From Lama guanicoe (lineage: Eukaryota): DNA of 64,000 nucleotides. Positions 26,108 to 39,331 of the stretch are shown one piece after another (within the stretch, counting starts at the first letter, position 1; each line of letters begins with the position of its first letter). A program made the translations under genes and the position numbers. Where the stretch lies: the NCBI GenBank assembly GCA_013239625.1, contig MU056000.1, forward strand, positions 10,241,175 through 10,305,174. Direction: 5' to 3'. Below the pieces are notes generated by a model. That model saw only the letters and a list, made by a program, of their open reading frames with translations, was not told where the DNA came from and did not search any database.

Positions 26108-27839
26108 GTAAGGATGCTTGGCCTCACTTTCTAGCCTCAGGACCAGCCTGTTAAGTCCCCTCCCGTGGCACTGACCCGGGGAGCCAAATGGGGTTCAGTA
26201 GGTTCTGAAATGGCCATGCTTACAAACCTACAGTTTATCACAGGAGGAGGAAGTGGTCTGGTGATGCAGTGAAGTGAGGTTGTGCATACCTGCCAGGGCA
26301 GCCTCACTGCAACGGCCCCAGAGGCTAGGGGTGGCTCCTGCTGTCCCCCTGCCAGCAGGATGCACCTCCCCCATCAGGAACAGCTCGGCTCCAGGGAGCC
26401 CAAGCTGGGGTCTTGGTGGAGGCTTTTTATGTTTTGGGAGGTCTCACAGGCACATTGCTGCTACATAACCAGCCTCGGAAAATGCAGGGCACTCGGGGTG
26501 GCTCATCAGGACTGGGTGCAAATCACCAGTTCTCTGTTACTGATAAACAGTGCTCTGGCACAGGGCTCCCCCGATCCTGGACAAAAGCAGCGTCACGCAT
26601 CAGAGGGTTTTGTGCCTTGACGGGGTCAGTGCTGTGCCGGGATTTCAGCAGGACACCTCGGGCCAGTTCCAGGCTCCCTCAGGTTCACTCTCATGGCGTT
26701 TAGACCAATTATTTTTAGAGTTTTTGAGGGTTGGGGGAAGGGGCAGTTCATAGTTATGATGCGTGGTCTCAAAGTAAAGTGAAGGGAAAAAAGAGCAGTT
26801 GATTACAGAAAACTTGTTTCCTGCTCTGTTATACATGTATTCTCAGCCGAGATGGAGACCGCAGAAATTTACTCCTTGGATTAATTTATTCTCTACTCAG
26901 TGCCAGTGAACACACATTAACACTTCTTCTTGAAGCCCAGACTCTGGGCATCTTTTGAAAATTGTCCACTGTGCCAGGTGCCTTCTAGTCCTGAAATCAC
27001 CAGTGCACGTCACTGGTCTGGGTAAAGGGTAGGATTATACTGGGTACAGTGTTTTATGGGATCACTTGTACCTTTTTAGGTGAAATGCAAAAGTTTGCTT
27101 TAAAAAAAAAAAAAGATCTGTGTCCAGAGACCTATCGCCCTGCTGCCGGCTGCCCGCCGGGTGCTCTGGTTTCCCTGAGTGGGCCTGGCCTCAGCCCCTC
27201 ACGAAGCTTCCAGAGAGGGTGTGTGAGCCGGAGGTCTTCCAGGACCGGTCGGGTTATTCTGATAGATTCGCTGTGTGGCATGGACCTCCCGGGAACACAG
27301 TTGGTTCATTCTTAGCTTTTAAGTATGTTTCTCTCTCTCTCTCTTTTTTTTTTTTTTAAATCAAAAGTTCTTGAAAACTTTTTACTGGAGTCCAAAGTTG
27401 AAAGTAAAAATGAAGTAAAGAGCATTCACTTCAGCCACCTTTTTCTCCACTTATTCATGAGCCTCTGGCTACTATTATAAGAAGGCTCAATAGGAATAAT
27501 AAACTTGGAACATTTCAACAGCTTTTTGGGAATACTGGCTGCTAAGGGTTTTTCCTGCTATTTCTCAAAAGGCTGAAACCCCACAACCAGATCCTTTCTG
27601 AAAAGTCTTACCGCATTTCATCCTTCATTGGGTAAATATAAACACAGTTGTTGCCAAGCATCAAAACTTTTTCCTTACTAACCTGTCTCCTGTGTTGTTC
27701 AGAGTGTCCTAATGAGTATTAACTGAAGTTGTTTCCATGAAAGCGAGCAGAACAGAAGAACCACGGCCTTCCCAGCTCCTTCCCAGTATGTGCGTGTCAC
27801 CCCGCTGACAAGCCTTCCCCGTTGTCTCCCTCTCCTTAG

Positions 27840-28031
27840 AAGACACACCAGAGTGCACTGCAGGTGCAGCAGAAGGCAGAAGCCATGCTGCAGGCCAACC
27901 ACTACGACATGGACATGATCAGGGACTGCGCCGAGAAGGTGGCCTCCCACTGGCAGCAGCTCATGCTCAAGATGGAAGACCGGCTCAAGCTGGTGAACGC
28001 GTCCGTCGCCTTCTACAAGACCTCAGAGCAG
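27840..28031 (+). CDS. TRIO: TRIO coding exon (~exon 17), 192 nt
   Basis: tccttag|AAG...CAG|gtaggg; KTHQSALQVQQKAEAMLQANHYDMDMIRDCAEKVASHWQQLMLKMEDRLKLVNASVAFYKTSEQ. Confidence 0.96.
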
Positions 28032-28439
28032 GTAGGGGGCCCACCGACGGTTCCTTCTGAGCCCGGATTCATTGGACAACTGGGCTGTTAACCCACTGGT
28101 CATTACTGAACCAGTCAATCCTAGTCAATCAGAGAAAAGCAGCCTTCTAGAATCAAGATGGTTTTTGCTTACCTTCCACACCAAGGAATAATGGGTTGGA
28201 AAGTATCTGAGGAGACAGCCCTTTTCCTCTCATTTAAATATATGGCCTGACCCAGGGAAGAGAGAGACAGGAAGTTCAGCTTTTATTTTGTCCTTGTTCT
28301 GAAAGGCCTGGCTACCCTGAGCCCAACCTGTGTCCTTCCAACAGCCCTGGTCCTCAGGCCGGCACTTGTTGCCTGAGGTTGGCCTGTGCTGTCAGCTGCC
28401 GGGCGGTCCCTCTGAGCCTGGAACTCTCTCCTGCCGCAG

Positions 28440-28589
28440 GTCTGCAGTGTCCTCGAGAGCCTGGAGCAGGAGTACAAGAGAGAAGAGGACTGGTGTGGAG
28501 GGGCCGACAAACTGGGCCCCAATTCTGAGACGGACCACGTCACCCCCATGATCAGCAAGCACCTGGAACAAAAGGAAGCGTTCCTGAAG
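28440..28589 (+). CDS. TRIO: TRIO coding exon (~exon 18), 150 nt
   Basis: gccgcag|GTC...AAG|gtacag; VCSVLESLEQEYKREEDWCGGADKLGPNSETDHVTPMISKHLEQKEAFLK. Confidence 0.95.
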
Positions 28590-29889
28590 GTACAGGGCTG
28601 GCTTTCCGGGTGCGGGGGCCCCACTGAGCGGTGGACGCAGGCCCCAGGGCTTCACTGAGATGGTAGAGCGTCGGGTGTCAGTCAGTGGTCTTCCCACAGC
28701 CCTGCGCAACGCTCCCCTTGGGTGGAAAGTGATGGGGGTGACACTGTATCAGTAATAAGTTAGTTGATTAAAGAAGACCTGGAAGTCTTCCTCAGCTGTG
28801 ATTTACACGGTTCTAGTTTTCACAGAGAAAGAGCTAGGTAGACATCTGAGTACATAAAGAATGAGTGAAAGTCACACTACCAGATGACTCCGAACAGACA
28901 CACAAGGGTGATCTGGTGAAATAAAAATGCCTAGAGCTTAACATAATCTTCCTTTGAAAATTCAGCCTCTTTAGGAATAGACTATCTTGGAACACGTTTG
29001 AGCCCAGTGTAGACACAAAGCAAGGACACCTCTTGTGGTTCACAGGATCGGTACTAATACCTCCTCAGGCCCTATTTCCTGCAAGAGACGTTTAATTCCG
29101 TTCAGGCCAGGCTGGAAGTTTTAACTCTGAGAAGCTTTAAGTGAGGAACTTTTCAAGCCTGCTTTGCCATCTATACATGCAGGCACGCGTAAGTCACTGC
29201 GGTGCTTCGCAGCAGTTACATTTTTAAAGGCCGTCACAATGTTTAGAAATGCTGACACTGAATAGCTTCCACATTGTGTTCTTTCACTTGTGACAAAGAT
29301 CTTCTGAGGTTCTGCTGGTTGCCACTCAGACCTGTTAAACACAGGTGTGGTGTTGACTTTTCATAGCTGCTTAATCTAGTTTAGTTTTCCTCAGTGCTCC
29401 AGCATCCCCGCCTCGCCAGCACCGTTTCCTGTTACACGTAATAATCTGTTTCATTTCTGAAGATGATGTCTGTCCTGAGAGAGTTATGGTTTAGTCTAGG
29501 AGAATCAACTGTAACTCTTTGAAAATTCTTATCTAGTAACTTATTATGAGTTTCCACCATAGAGATTTTCTTTTTAAGCAAATCAAGGTGGGGAAGCAGT
29601 TGGAGCTTCCCGGAGTCTTAGTTGTAACTATTCCAGACAGGACTTGAAAGCCCCCCTCCTTGTCACTGCTGCTTAAGTTTACGAAACATTGACCGCTGTT
29701 GGGATGTTCTGAGTTGGAGTCATTAGGATTTGACTCTTTCTCTGGACTCCATTTAGTTTAAAACAAAATTGAATACTACTTAGTTAATATAATTAAGAAA
29801 AATAGATTAAACTATAAAATATAGATCATCACAGACCTGTTCAGATTCCTTCCTTCAACTAGGATTATGTATTCGGTGTATCGGATATC

Positions 29890-31270
29890 TTTAAACTTTT
29901 TAATTATGTAAGTTTAAAAATGCATACAAAAATTGAGAGAATGAATACTGAACCCCCGTGTACTTTCAGCTTTAATTACCAACATGTGGACATATGCCCA
30001 CCTCTACCGGACTATTTTAAATTCTAGATATTATATCCTTTTATTTGTAAATACTTCTGTATGTATCTAAACATATTCTATCTTTCTAAAGCCATTCTAT
30101 AACCATAATACCATTATTAGATGGTTTTTTTGGAATACTATTTTACTAATACTATTGAAAACATATGGCATGTAAGCCACACTTTTGCACGATTAAAAAG
30201 TTGAACAGGATATTTAACATGTTGGTTGATTGATTACAAAAAGATCTTGATGGCTGAGAATGACAGAATGAATTTATGAATAAAATCTTAATAGGAAAAA
30301 TGTAGAGTTTAGATCTTTTAAAAATTTTTTTAATTTTATCTTTTTATTGGAGTTCCACCATTATTAGACCTTAAACATTAACTCATATAAAATCCAGCAG
30401 TGTTCAAATTTCTCTGTCCCATAAAATGTGACTTTATATGTGTTTTTAATCAAGATTGAAACAAGACCCATGCACTGATTTGGTTTGTCTCTTAAACCTC
30501 TTTTAGTCTAAACCCTCCCCTCCCCTTTCATTACCATTTATTAATTGAAGAAATAAGTTGTTCGTACTGTGGAATTTCCCTCATTCAGCATTTGGCAGTT
30601 GCATCACGTGGAGTCATTTACACCATCATGGATTCTCTGAATTCCCCTTCGTTGGGTGGAGGTTCAGGCTTGAGTGAGAGGGCTGGGAGCACTTGGCGCA
30701 CCTGGTGGCGGTGCTTGTCCCTCCGGCGGCCTTGCATCGGGATGCGCAGGTCCGCTCTTTCTGCCCCTGTGATGTGAGGGCTTCAGCCGTGGTGAGTCCA
30801 CTTCGCCCGCTGTGTCCCTCCCCAGCGGCCTTCACTGACCAGGCTTAGTAGCCAGGGGTGATGCTGTTTCAGTAGGAATTGCAGAATGGGGATATTCTGT
30901 CGTTCCTTCTGCCTTGATTAGCTAGAATTATTCCCTCCTCGGCTCTCTGGTGACTCTCAAAAAGAGTTTGTCCGAAACAGGTGGGATAAATGCTTGATTC
31001 TTTCCCTTTATTTATGATTTTCAGAATAATGAGCTTGTTGCCCTATAAACTTCTGCACATGATTTTTTTTTTAACTGTCATCCTGGATTTTAATGTATTT
31101 GATGTGTTTCAATCAATCACAGTCATTTGTCTTTTTCTATTCAACTTGTCCCACTCGTGGGAGCCCCTGCAGGTCAGGTGGCTCAGATACCCTTTTGATG
31201 TAACCCCAGTGGTCTTCACGGCTTCCTTGCTGTTTGATGTGACAGCTTACTTCAGACTTATCAGTAGAGA
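29890..31270 (-). mobile_element. Old LINE-1 (L1MC-like) 3' region, degraded
   Basis: Same family text as 22020-23215 (gggagcccctgcaggtcagg...cttttgatgtaaccccagtggtctt). Confidence 0.45.
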
Positions 31271-31609
31271 CTCATGATGTATTTTTCCCCTAATTAAAAA
31301 AAGAAAAAAGTATCCCAACTTCGTCTACTGAAAAGGCCTGGAAACGATGGCCAGCCCAGAGATAATGCTCATCCCTGGTGCCCAGACTGTGGCCTCTCAG
31401 TACCGTTCACCACAAGAAGGGGACTGAGCTCCCTAAGGAAGAGACTGATTCCAGGTCTGGGCTAGGAAATGTGCAAGATATTTCCAATTCTAATATAATT
31501 AAAGGATTTTTTTTCCTGAAGTATTTTCATGTTTATATCCCTCATCTCTTACATAAAACTCTTATTTTTTGATACATTAATGAAATTCCTTATTTGGTCT
31601 ATAAACATG

Positions 31610-32030
31610 TAGTATCAGCTTTCTGTTACCACAGAAGCACCACCTGGGAAACCACCCCCACAGATTCAGTGGCGTAAACCAAGGGTAAGCAAACCGAGGG
31701 CTAAACCTGCCCACTCCCAACCACGTATCATCTGCAGCAGGTCCAGTGGTTACAACAGAGAGATGGAGACTGCATGACTCGGAGAGCGGGAAGTATTTCC
31801 TGTCTGCCCTTTATAGAAATCCAGGTTCAGTGTAGCTGGATCCTTTGACTCACAGTTTCTCCCAAGTCTGCGATGAGGGTGTTGGCCAGGGACACGGTCA
31901 CCTCAAGGCTTGCCTGGGGAAGGGCTTCACTTCCCCTCTGGCTGTAGGCCAGTGGTCACCCTCAGTCCCCTGCCACCTGGACCGCTCCATGGGGCAGCTC
32001 CCAAAACAGTAGCTAGCTTCATCAGAGCAA
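31610..32030. mobile_element. MaLR LTR (MLT1-like) with nested hAT MER58-like fragment (~31682-31820)
   Basis: cagtggcgtaaacc...tgttggccagggacacggtcacctcaaggcttgcctgggga; nested gggtaagcaaacc...gtatttcctgtctgccctttatagaaa. Confidence 0.5.
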
Positions 32031-32219
32031 AGGCTCCAAGTTTTTTTTTTTTTCAATAGAAATAGGATTTAACTTATGTATTCTCCAGGCCACAAGTTGG
32101 CCAGCTGAACGCTGAGGTTAAGATGCATGTTGGAGCCATGTGACGTTGTCATCCACATGCACTGAAGACACACGTCTATGATAAGTCCCTTGAACACGTT
32201 GCTCTGCATTGTTCCTTAG

Positions 32220-32334
32220 GCTTGCACACTTGCTAGGAGGAACGCAGACGTCTTCCTGAAGTACCTGCACAGGAACAGTGTGAACATGCCTGGGATGGTG
32301 ACACACATCAAAGCCCCTGAACAACAAGTGAAAA
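32220..32334 (+). CDS. TRIO: TRIO coding exon (~exon 19), spectrin repeat with the R1078/N1080-equivalent residues, 115 nt
   Basis: tccttag|GCT...AAAA|gtgagt; ACTLARRNADVFLKYLHRNSVNMPGMVTHIKAPEQQVK. Confidence 0.96.
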
Positions 32335-33982
32335 GTGAGTATAACTCGGAGGCAGCGGACTAATGGCCGTGGGAGGAGCTTGACAAGACGTGTTCTGAAA
32401 TCTCGGCCCAGGGCTCCATTTTAAATGTCCATTTCATATTATTAATGTTCTCATCAGTTATCTTAGGTTAATAATAAAATATTAAACAAATATATAGGTT
32501 GGTAATTTATTGAATAAAGTGGAAGAACGTAAATGGAGAAAATGCCGCATTCAGGATGATACTTGTTGGCACTAAGTGTTCTGTTGAAAGTAAGTGAAAA
32601 TATAAATCCAGGGGTAAAATGAAAATTGGAATTATCTACAGGCCAAATATTTTTAGAAGTTTAACCCACAAAAATTATATACCCATTTCATTGTTGTATG
32701 TATTAACAGTTTTGTATACTTAAAGCATCGTTAATAAAAGCAAGTTGCAAAAAAATATTATATACATGGGTATCATTTGAGCTTAAAAACCTTCAAAAGC
32801 ATACACACACTTAGGTGCCTGTAAATGCATAGAAAAAGACCTGGGAACATTTATACTAAACTGTAGGTAGGATTGGTACAGGTGGAAGTTAAGAAGACTG
32901 ATAATTTTTATTCTGTAGAATTCTGATTGAGTATTTGCAGTGAAAATGCATCCAGGTGATATATTGTTTTTAAAGTTAATTTAATCTTTTTTTTTTTTTT
33001 ACAAGTTCCATGAAAATGGAGTCTCAGAAAGTGATGGGAGTTGTTTACAACACTCTTGAAATCCAGGCAGTTTTTATCAGCTGGAATCCTCACCCTGAGC
33101 CTCAGAGCCAGTCCTAAATAGATGAGGGGACACAGATCACACAGCCTGCACACCTAGAGCTGAGTTTAATAGGAAAAAAATGTGCAATAACCAGTTAACA
33201 AATGATTCATCTTAGACTTTTTTTGGAAACAATAGGATTGGCAGAAACTTTCTACGTTACTTTCTACTCCCGGTTCATCTGATTCACCTGTTCGTCATCA
33301 CAGGCTAGTTCTTGGTCACACCAGTACATCCTTTGAGCTCTGCAGATGAGATACATAGCTGTTAATCAGCGAGCTTCTCTCTCAGGACAGTGAGGGACTA
33401 ACCAGAGCAGCTGTTTTCCAGCAGGAGCAAGGCTTCATGGATGACAGGGTATTCAAGCTGGTGATCAGTGCACTTGACTCATTTCATATAAAAATCATTT
33501 CCTTTCTCCTGTTTCTCAGTGTTGCTTTTGGTTGTTGGTTGTAATCTGTTTCCTCTGATCAGAGGTGTTACGATCCTTTCTGGGTTGTACTAGTTTGCTG
33601 GGTGTGTGCGTGTGCAAAGGAAAGCGTGTTCCACATGCTCACTCACTACATGGTCCTTACGCTTTGCTGCTGTTTATCACAGTGGTGGAGGCTATGAAGA
33701 ATTGTTTTTTATATGTCCTGTTTCTCTTACTGTCTGCTTGGGGGTGCAAGGTTTGTGTGTGGGATAGTGCAGTAAGTCCTTGTCAAGGTGATGATGCCAG
33801 AAGAGACACTGTGACCCCAGAGGCATCGGGAGCTTGAGGAAGCCCAGGTGGTCTCCAGCCCTCATCCCAAGAGGGCAGTTGTCACACTGCCTGGCTGCTC
33901 ACCTGCCGGGGATCAGTCCTACCCCAAACAGAGGCTGTGGAAATAAGAGACTAAAAAAACTTATACTGATTTTTGTTTGTGA

Positions 33983-34470
33983 TTTTTTTTTTTAAAGTAC
34001 AGTCAATCAGAATATGTCAGTTTCTGGCGTACAGCACAATGTCCCAGTCTTGCATATACATACATGTATTTGTTTTCATATTTTTTCTGTTAAAGGTTAT
34101 TACAAGATACTGAGCATAGTTCCCTGTACTATACAAAAGAAACTTTTTAAAATCTATTTTTATATATAGTGGCTAACATTTGTAAATAACAAACTCCCAA
34201 ATTTATCCCCTCCCACCCCCTTCCCCCGGTAGCCATAAGATTGTTTACTATGTCTGCAAGTCTGTTTCAGTTTTGTAGATGAGTTCATAGAGTCTTTTTT
34301 TTTTTTAAGTGATATCGTATGGTATTTTTTCTCTTTCTGGCTTACTTCATGTAGAATGATAATCTCTAGGTCCATCCATGTTGCTGCAAATGGCATTATT
34401 TATTCTTTTTTATGGCTAAGTAGTATTTCATTGTAGAAATATACCACAACTTCTTTATCCAGTCATCTGT
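33983..34470 (-). mobile_element. Younger LINE-1 3' end, 5'-truncated
   Basis: T-tail; minus-strand MPFAATWMDLEIIILHEVSQKEK is the L1 ORF2p C-terminus. Confidence 0.85.
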
Positions 34471-35505
34471 GTGATGTTTTCATTTAAGTGTTAACTTAAT
34501 TTTTTGATAGGCTTCAAATTTCAGTCTTAATTTGTTTCACGAAACGAATCCGCTTTTTCAGTGAAGCAGAGTAAGGCGGCAGGACCGCTGAGCTGGCAGG
34601 AAATTCTGCATGTAGACTCCTGTTCTCACAAAGCCCTGAGCCTCTGAGGAACTCATCAGATGTTTGTGGAAAACTTAATATTTTTAAAGTTTTCCAATAA
34701 AGTTAAATTCTAGGTACCATTTATTTGATTTGCAAAATTCAGTCTGGGGAAACTTTTTCTAAAGTTTTTTTTTTTTTGTAATATATTTACTTTATAAACT
34801 TCTGGAGTGAAACAGACTCACTGTAAAGAATTTTTAAGATGGAAGATGTGTATAAATTACCTAATTGTATCTTCCACTCACCCATTCGGTTTTGGATTTT
34901 TTGGGGGGGTTTTTTTGTTTGTTTGTTTGTTTTTAACCAAGATGCAACCATATTCCCCTGTAATTTGCTTCTTTCACTTAGTAATAATCTTAGTCGTCTT
35001 TTTATGTCCGAATTTAGAGATCTGCTCTGTTACTTTTAATGTCTAGTGTAGTGACTTTGTAATTGATTAACCTGACCCCTAATCCATGGGCCGGTACCTG
35101 CCAGCTTTTCCACACAACACCTCAGTGTTTGTGTGCCTGTGTACAGACCGTGTTGAGAGCTTGTGCAAGTGCCATACCCCTGAAAGGTAAATTCCTGGTC
35201 TGAGGGTATGCACACTTCAGTGTCATTACCTGTTGCCAGATTACTCTCTGCAGAGGCTGTACTCCATTTGGGTTTTTTTTTTTTTTTTAATTTGCCTTTC
35301 TAGCTTCATGCTACTCAACTTCGTGTTCTTCCCTCTCCTAAGGGTTTATGTTTTTGGTTTTGTTTTTAAAACCCTTTGTTTTCTTCTAGGACCCCACTAT
35401 TTTGACTGACATCTTTTAAAGCATACTAAATTCCTTCTCCAGGGAAGTTCTAACGGTCTTGCACAAAATATCTAACAGTGGTGTTTTACCAGCCATTGTC
35501 AGATC

Positions 35506-35525
35506 CCTCCAGCAGGGGGCGCAGT
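35506..35525 (+). promoter_or_regulatory. CTCF-like motif (near consensus)
   Basis: cctCCAGCAGGGGGCGCagt. Confidence 0.65.
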
Positions 35526-35791
35526 AGCATGTCCCGCTGACCCAACTGACCATTAGAGGCCAACCTTAAGCATCTTGATTGTAGGATAGAAACTGGGGTC
35601 GGGGACTAAGGAGAGGTCTGACTGACATGCGTGTTGAGAACACTGGGCAGGTGAGCCGTGCGGCTGAGTGTTTGATACTGTCTTGCAACGGCATTTGCAT
35701 TGAAAAGTCTCTCAGTAAAAATGAGTGGGATTTTCCAGGTGTTTTTGTTGACTGCAAGCACCAACATACGGCTTTCTCTTTCCTCTATCAG

Positions 35792-35907
35792 ATATCTTGA
35801 ATGAGCTCTTCCAGCGGGAGAACAGGGTATTGCACTACTGGACCATGAGAAAGAGGCGGCTCGACCAGTGCCAGCAGTACGTGGTCTTCGAACGGAGCGC
35901 CAAGCAG
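35792..35907 (+). CDS. TRIO: TRIO coding exon (~exon 20), 116 nt
   Basis: ctatcag|AT...CAG|gtcagc; ILNELFQRENRVLHYWTMRKRRLDQCQQYVVFERSAKQ. Confidence 0.95.
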
Positions 35908-38166
35908 GTCAGCCCCGGCCCTGGCCTCCCGGCGCCTTCCTCCCTGGGTTAGGCCTCCATCCTCAGACTGGCAACTTCTGATGTTTCAGCAGATTGAGAG
36001 CCACTTTCTAGTGATCGAAACAACCTCACCTTTTACTTAACAGTTTGTCTTAAAAACAGAACCCCACAACCTCGTAAAAGTGTCACTCGGTGATTTTTGC
36101 ACTCAACACGTGTGCCCTCAGTGCTCCCCATGGCCGGCACCTCGTGCTTCAGACCCACGGTGAAGGACAAATGGTCATGATCACGTTGAGTTAAAGTCTG
36201 TGTGGAATCTTGGTTCCGGGCTTGTGTAAATTCTATGGTGGGCAGTTTTTTTATGTTGCCGTATTTGTATTTTCAAGATAGAATTTTGTTCTCCAGGTAA
36301 ATTGAGCTAAAATTAGGTAAGAAATGTGGAGAATTTCTGCTAGTTCAGTATAGTCAAAAAAGGTTCGTGCATTTGGCTGAGGCAGAGGCCTCAGGGGGGT
36401 GCATGTGCAGTGTCCTCTTCTGAAGTTACTTTGGAATCAGGGGCTTCTGCCTGGATTGTCTGTCATGGAAGATCATTTTAGGGTAGAGTCTATCTGATCC
36501 TAACTTGAACACAAAGATGTCTGTCACTTGTGGCCTTAATTAACAGTAGCATAAGAATGTGTAAATTGTGAGTCTGGAACTCGAAGGGGCAGGAGGGAGT
36601 TGAGGGGAGGCTTGTTCTTGGGACCCCGTGAGCCCCCTGGCGTCCCCTGCATCACAGGGACCTCTCAGAGCCGTTGGTCCCGGGTGACCCCATCTGACCT
36701 GCACTGTCTTCTGGGTCTACCTGGACTCTGGCGTGTGCGTGGCGCAGAGTAGGCACTTGATAAAGCCGGGTTGGCCCACGGCAGACCGCACGCTCCTCAG
36801 CACAGCGTCCCCACTTGGAGAGCGCATTTTGTCCCAGCTTGGTAAGCATCAGCCCCGAGCTAGGCGGCCTGCTCCCCGAACTTCTCAGTTTCCCAGGGCA
36901 TCAGCAGGAGACCACGGACCCCGGACGTGGCCTCTCCCACCCTGGCTGACTGGCCCAGGTGCAGTCATCAGATTCCTAGCAGGAGGGACAAGCAGGAGTG
37001 TGTTTTAATGTCTAGGTTCCATTTTCTTAACATTTTATTTAAAGGTAATCCAACCATACTTCAGATTTATGGGGGCCTGATTTTATTCCTGATTAGAGAT
37101 TATATCATCATCTTTTCTCATGCCTTTATTATCTCTCTGTTGAAAGATGAAGAGTCATTCAGCTACAGAGAACAAAACTGTAAATAATTCCTTTGATGGA
37201 GACAAATAATGAAACGTGCAGTTGTTTTTTCCTAAAGTCCGCTCATTTGCCAAAAATAAAATCATTCAGTTCATGCCATTACAGACGATGCCCTGTCAGC
37301 CCTGTGGCCCTACTGGGTGCTGGTCTGTCCTGTAGCAGCAGTTCCACAGGAAGTGGCTTCTAGCAGACCCATCTTGGTGGTCGCAGGCTGACTTGCAGTT
37401 TTCAGGGTGGTGCCCTGAGGTTATTGGTGTGGATGTGGCAGGTGACTTCCAGCTGCTCCCCGGGGCTGTCCGAGCCCGCATCCCTTATCTCCACCTCTGA
37501 ATGTTGGCTTTTAGTCCAGGGCTTGTTCTTGTTTCTCTCTCCTTATCTCTTGCCATTGGTGTCTCCTGGCCCTGACCTCATTTCTGGTCTCCAGATTTAT
37601 GGCCCCAGCTCCCTCCTTGCTTCTCTCCACTTAAGCCTTAACGAAAGCAGATCTGGACTCAGGACTCCCCCCCCTGCCTGATTCCTACCTTTCTCTCACC
37701 TGTCCACCTTCACCCCCTCCCTGGGGCCCAGTGTGGCCTGTCTGCCCTCTCTCTGCCCCTCCAGAGCCATCACAGGAGACAACCCAGTGTGTCCTGCCTG
37801 CACCTCTGAACCGGTGTGCTGACTGGTGTTGCTTCTCCCACTCACTCTCCACTCCAGTCTCTCTTCCCCGCAGTCCCAGGCAGAAGTCCAAGATCCACCA
37901 GTGACAACCAAGGGCCCCTTGCCATCCTCCGTAGCCTGCCCCTCAGCACACACCCCCTTTCCTCCCTAGCCCACCCCTTCTCAGCCTGCGGGCCCCTGCT
38001 TAGATTAGGCACCCTCGCTGGCCTCCCCACTCTCTCACTGGTCCTTTGTGCATGTTTCTTCCCAGTCACACTGGCAGGGCTGGAGCCTCTCCCACCCCCA
38101 GCCCCACACAGGCACGATTAGCTCTATGAACGGGAGAACTAGGGACCTTTGAATAAACTGAGCAAA

Positions 38167-38274
38167 ATGGCTTTCTGCCTTGATTCAGTATCAGTGTCAA
38201 CATTGTTTCGGAGACGGGATGGCCATGCTTGGGCGGGTGTAGCAAAAGTAAATTCCCAGCCAGGAAGCCGCATG
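38167..38274 (+). CDS. TRIO: Candidate alternative first coding exon of TRIO in intron 20 (36 aa)
   Basis: gcaaaATGG Kozak context, in-frame TAG upstream at 38140, open frame MAFCLDSVSVSTLFRRRDGHAWAGVAKVNSQPGSRM, ATG|gtaagt donor, phase 0 matching exon 21. Confidence 0.5.
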
Positions 38275-39208
38275 GTAAGTAACCCGGCTCGGTGCTTTCG
38301 TTTTTGTTTTTTCTTCTAAAATGCCATCAAATGCGTGACATCTGAAAGAGACAGTGATGTTTCTGTTCCAACAGCAGCAAATCGCAGCGGATGACTCAGT
38401 TTACGAAGGGCAGATAGAAAAATGTCTATGTTTTTGTTCTTTCTTTTTCCCATGGTATTGTTTTTTTAGATGTGTATGTTTACAGAAGTCTGATTTCACT
38501 TCAGAAAGGTGAAAACAGAAGAAAAAAATGGCTTCCATCTAAAAACAAAAGAACACATGAGTTAGACTGTCATTCTGGTTTTGTTGTAATCTGAGCCTGC
38601 CGGTCTCCTCCCAGGTGTGGTCAGCTCTCTGCTACAGCTGGGAGATTAAGCCACATCTCCTGCCTGTGTCTCCCAGTGCGCATTTATGCATATGGGGGCC
38701 CTCTGCAGGAGCCCCCAGAAAGCAAATAAAGTGGACACGCACCTGAATACTTGCTGAAGGCAGGGCTAGGAAAAAAGACCTGAAGTTACACATTGGAAAG
38801 CTGGAGATTTGCATCTGCTTTATTTTTCATTTTGTAGTTAGAACACCCCAGTAAGGGCCTAAAGTCCCAGGGACAGGAGCATCTCAGTGCTTTGTAATGG
38901 GTGACCTTCAGGCCACCCCCTTACCCACACGGTCTCGGTGTTCTTCAAGGCGGCTGTTCGTTGTACTCAGAAACTCTCGAACTTGTTGCTGCCTAAGTGA
39001 CCTGATCACAGTTTTCTAGAATGTCTTTTTTTCCTTTTAATTTCGGAATTAAGATACATGTTTGAGAAGCATGTCTCTCTCTGAGGGAGTGTTTGTTGAT
39101 GTGTGCCAGCCCGGGCTCGTGACTTCACGTTTAAATGAGAGTCCGAGGCATCGGGACTCCCTGCCCTGGGTTCCACTGTGAACGCTTTTCCTCTCCTTCC
39201 CGCTCTAG

Positions 39209-39331
39209 GCTTTGGAGTGGATCCACGACAACGGGGAGTTCTACCTTTCCACGCACACCTCCACGGGCTCGAGCATCCAGCACACCCAGGAGCTGCTGAA
39301 GGAGCACGAGGAGTTTCAGATAACCGCGAAG
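39209..39331 (+). CDS. TRIO: TRIO coding exon (~exon 21), 123 nt, with GC donor
   Basis: gctctag|GCT...AAG|gcaagt; ALEWIHDNGEFYLSTHTSTGSSIQHTQELLKEHEEFQITAK joins phase 0 to QTKERVK. Confidence 0.93.

Noticed and set aside
27790..27839. Kalirin-style short in-frame insert between ...HAIE and KTHQ...
   Set aside because: No suitable upstream acceptor or similar peptide visible at this junction.
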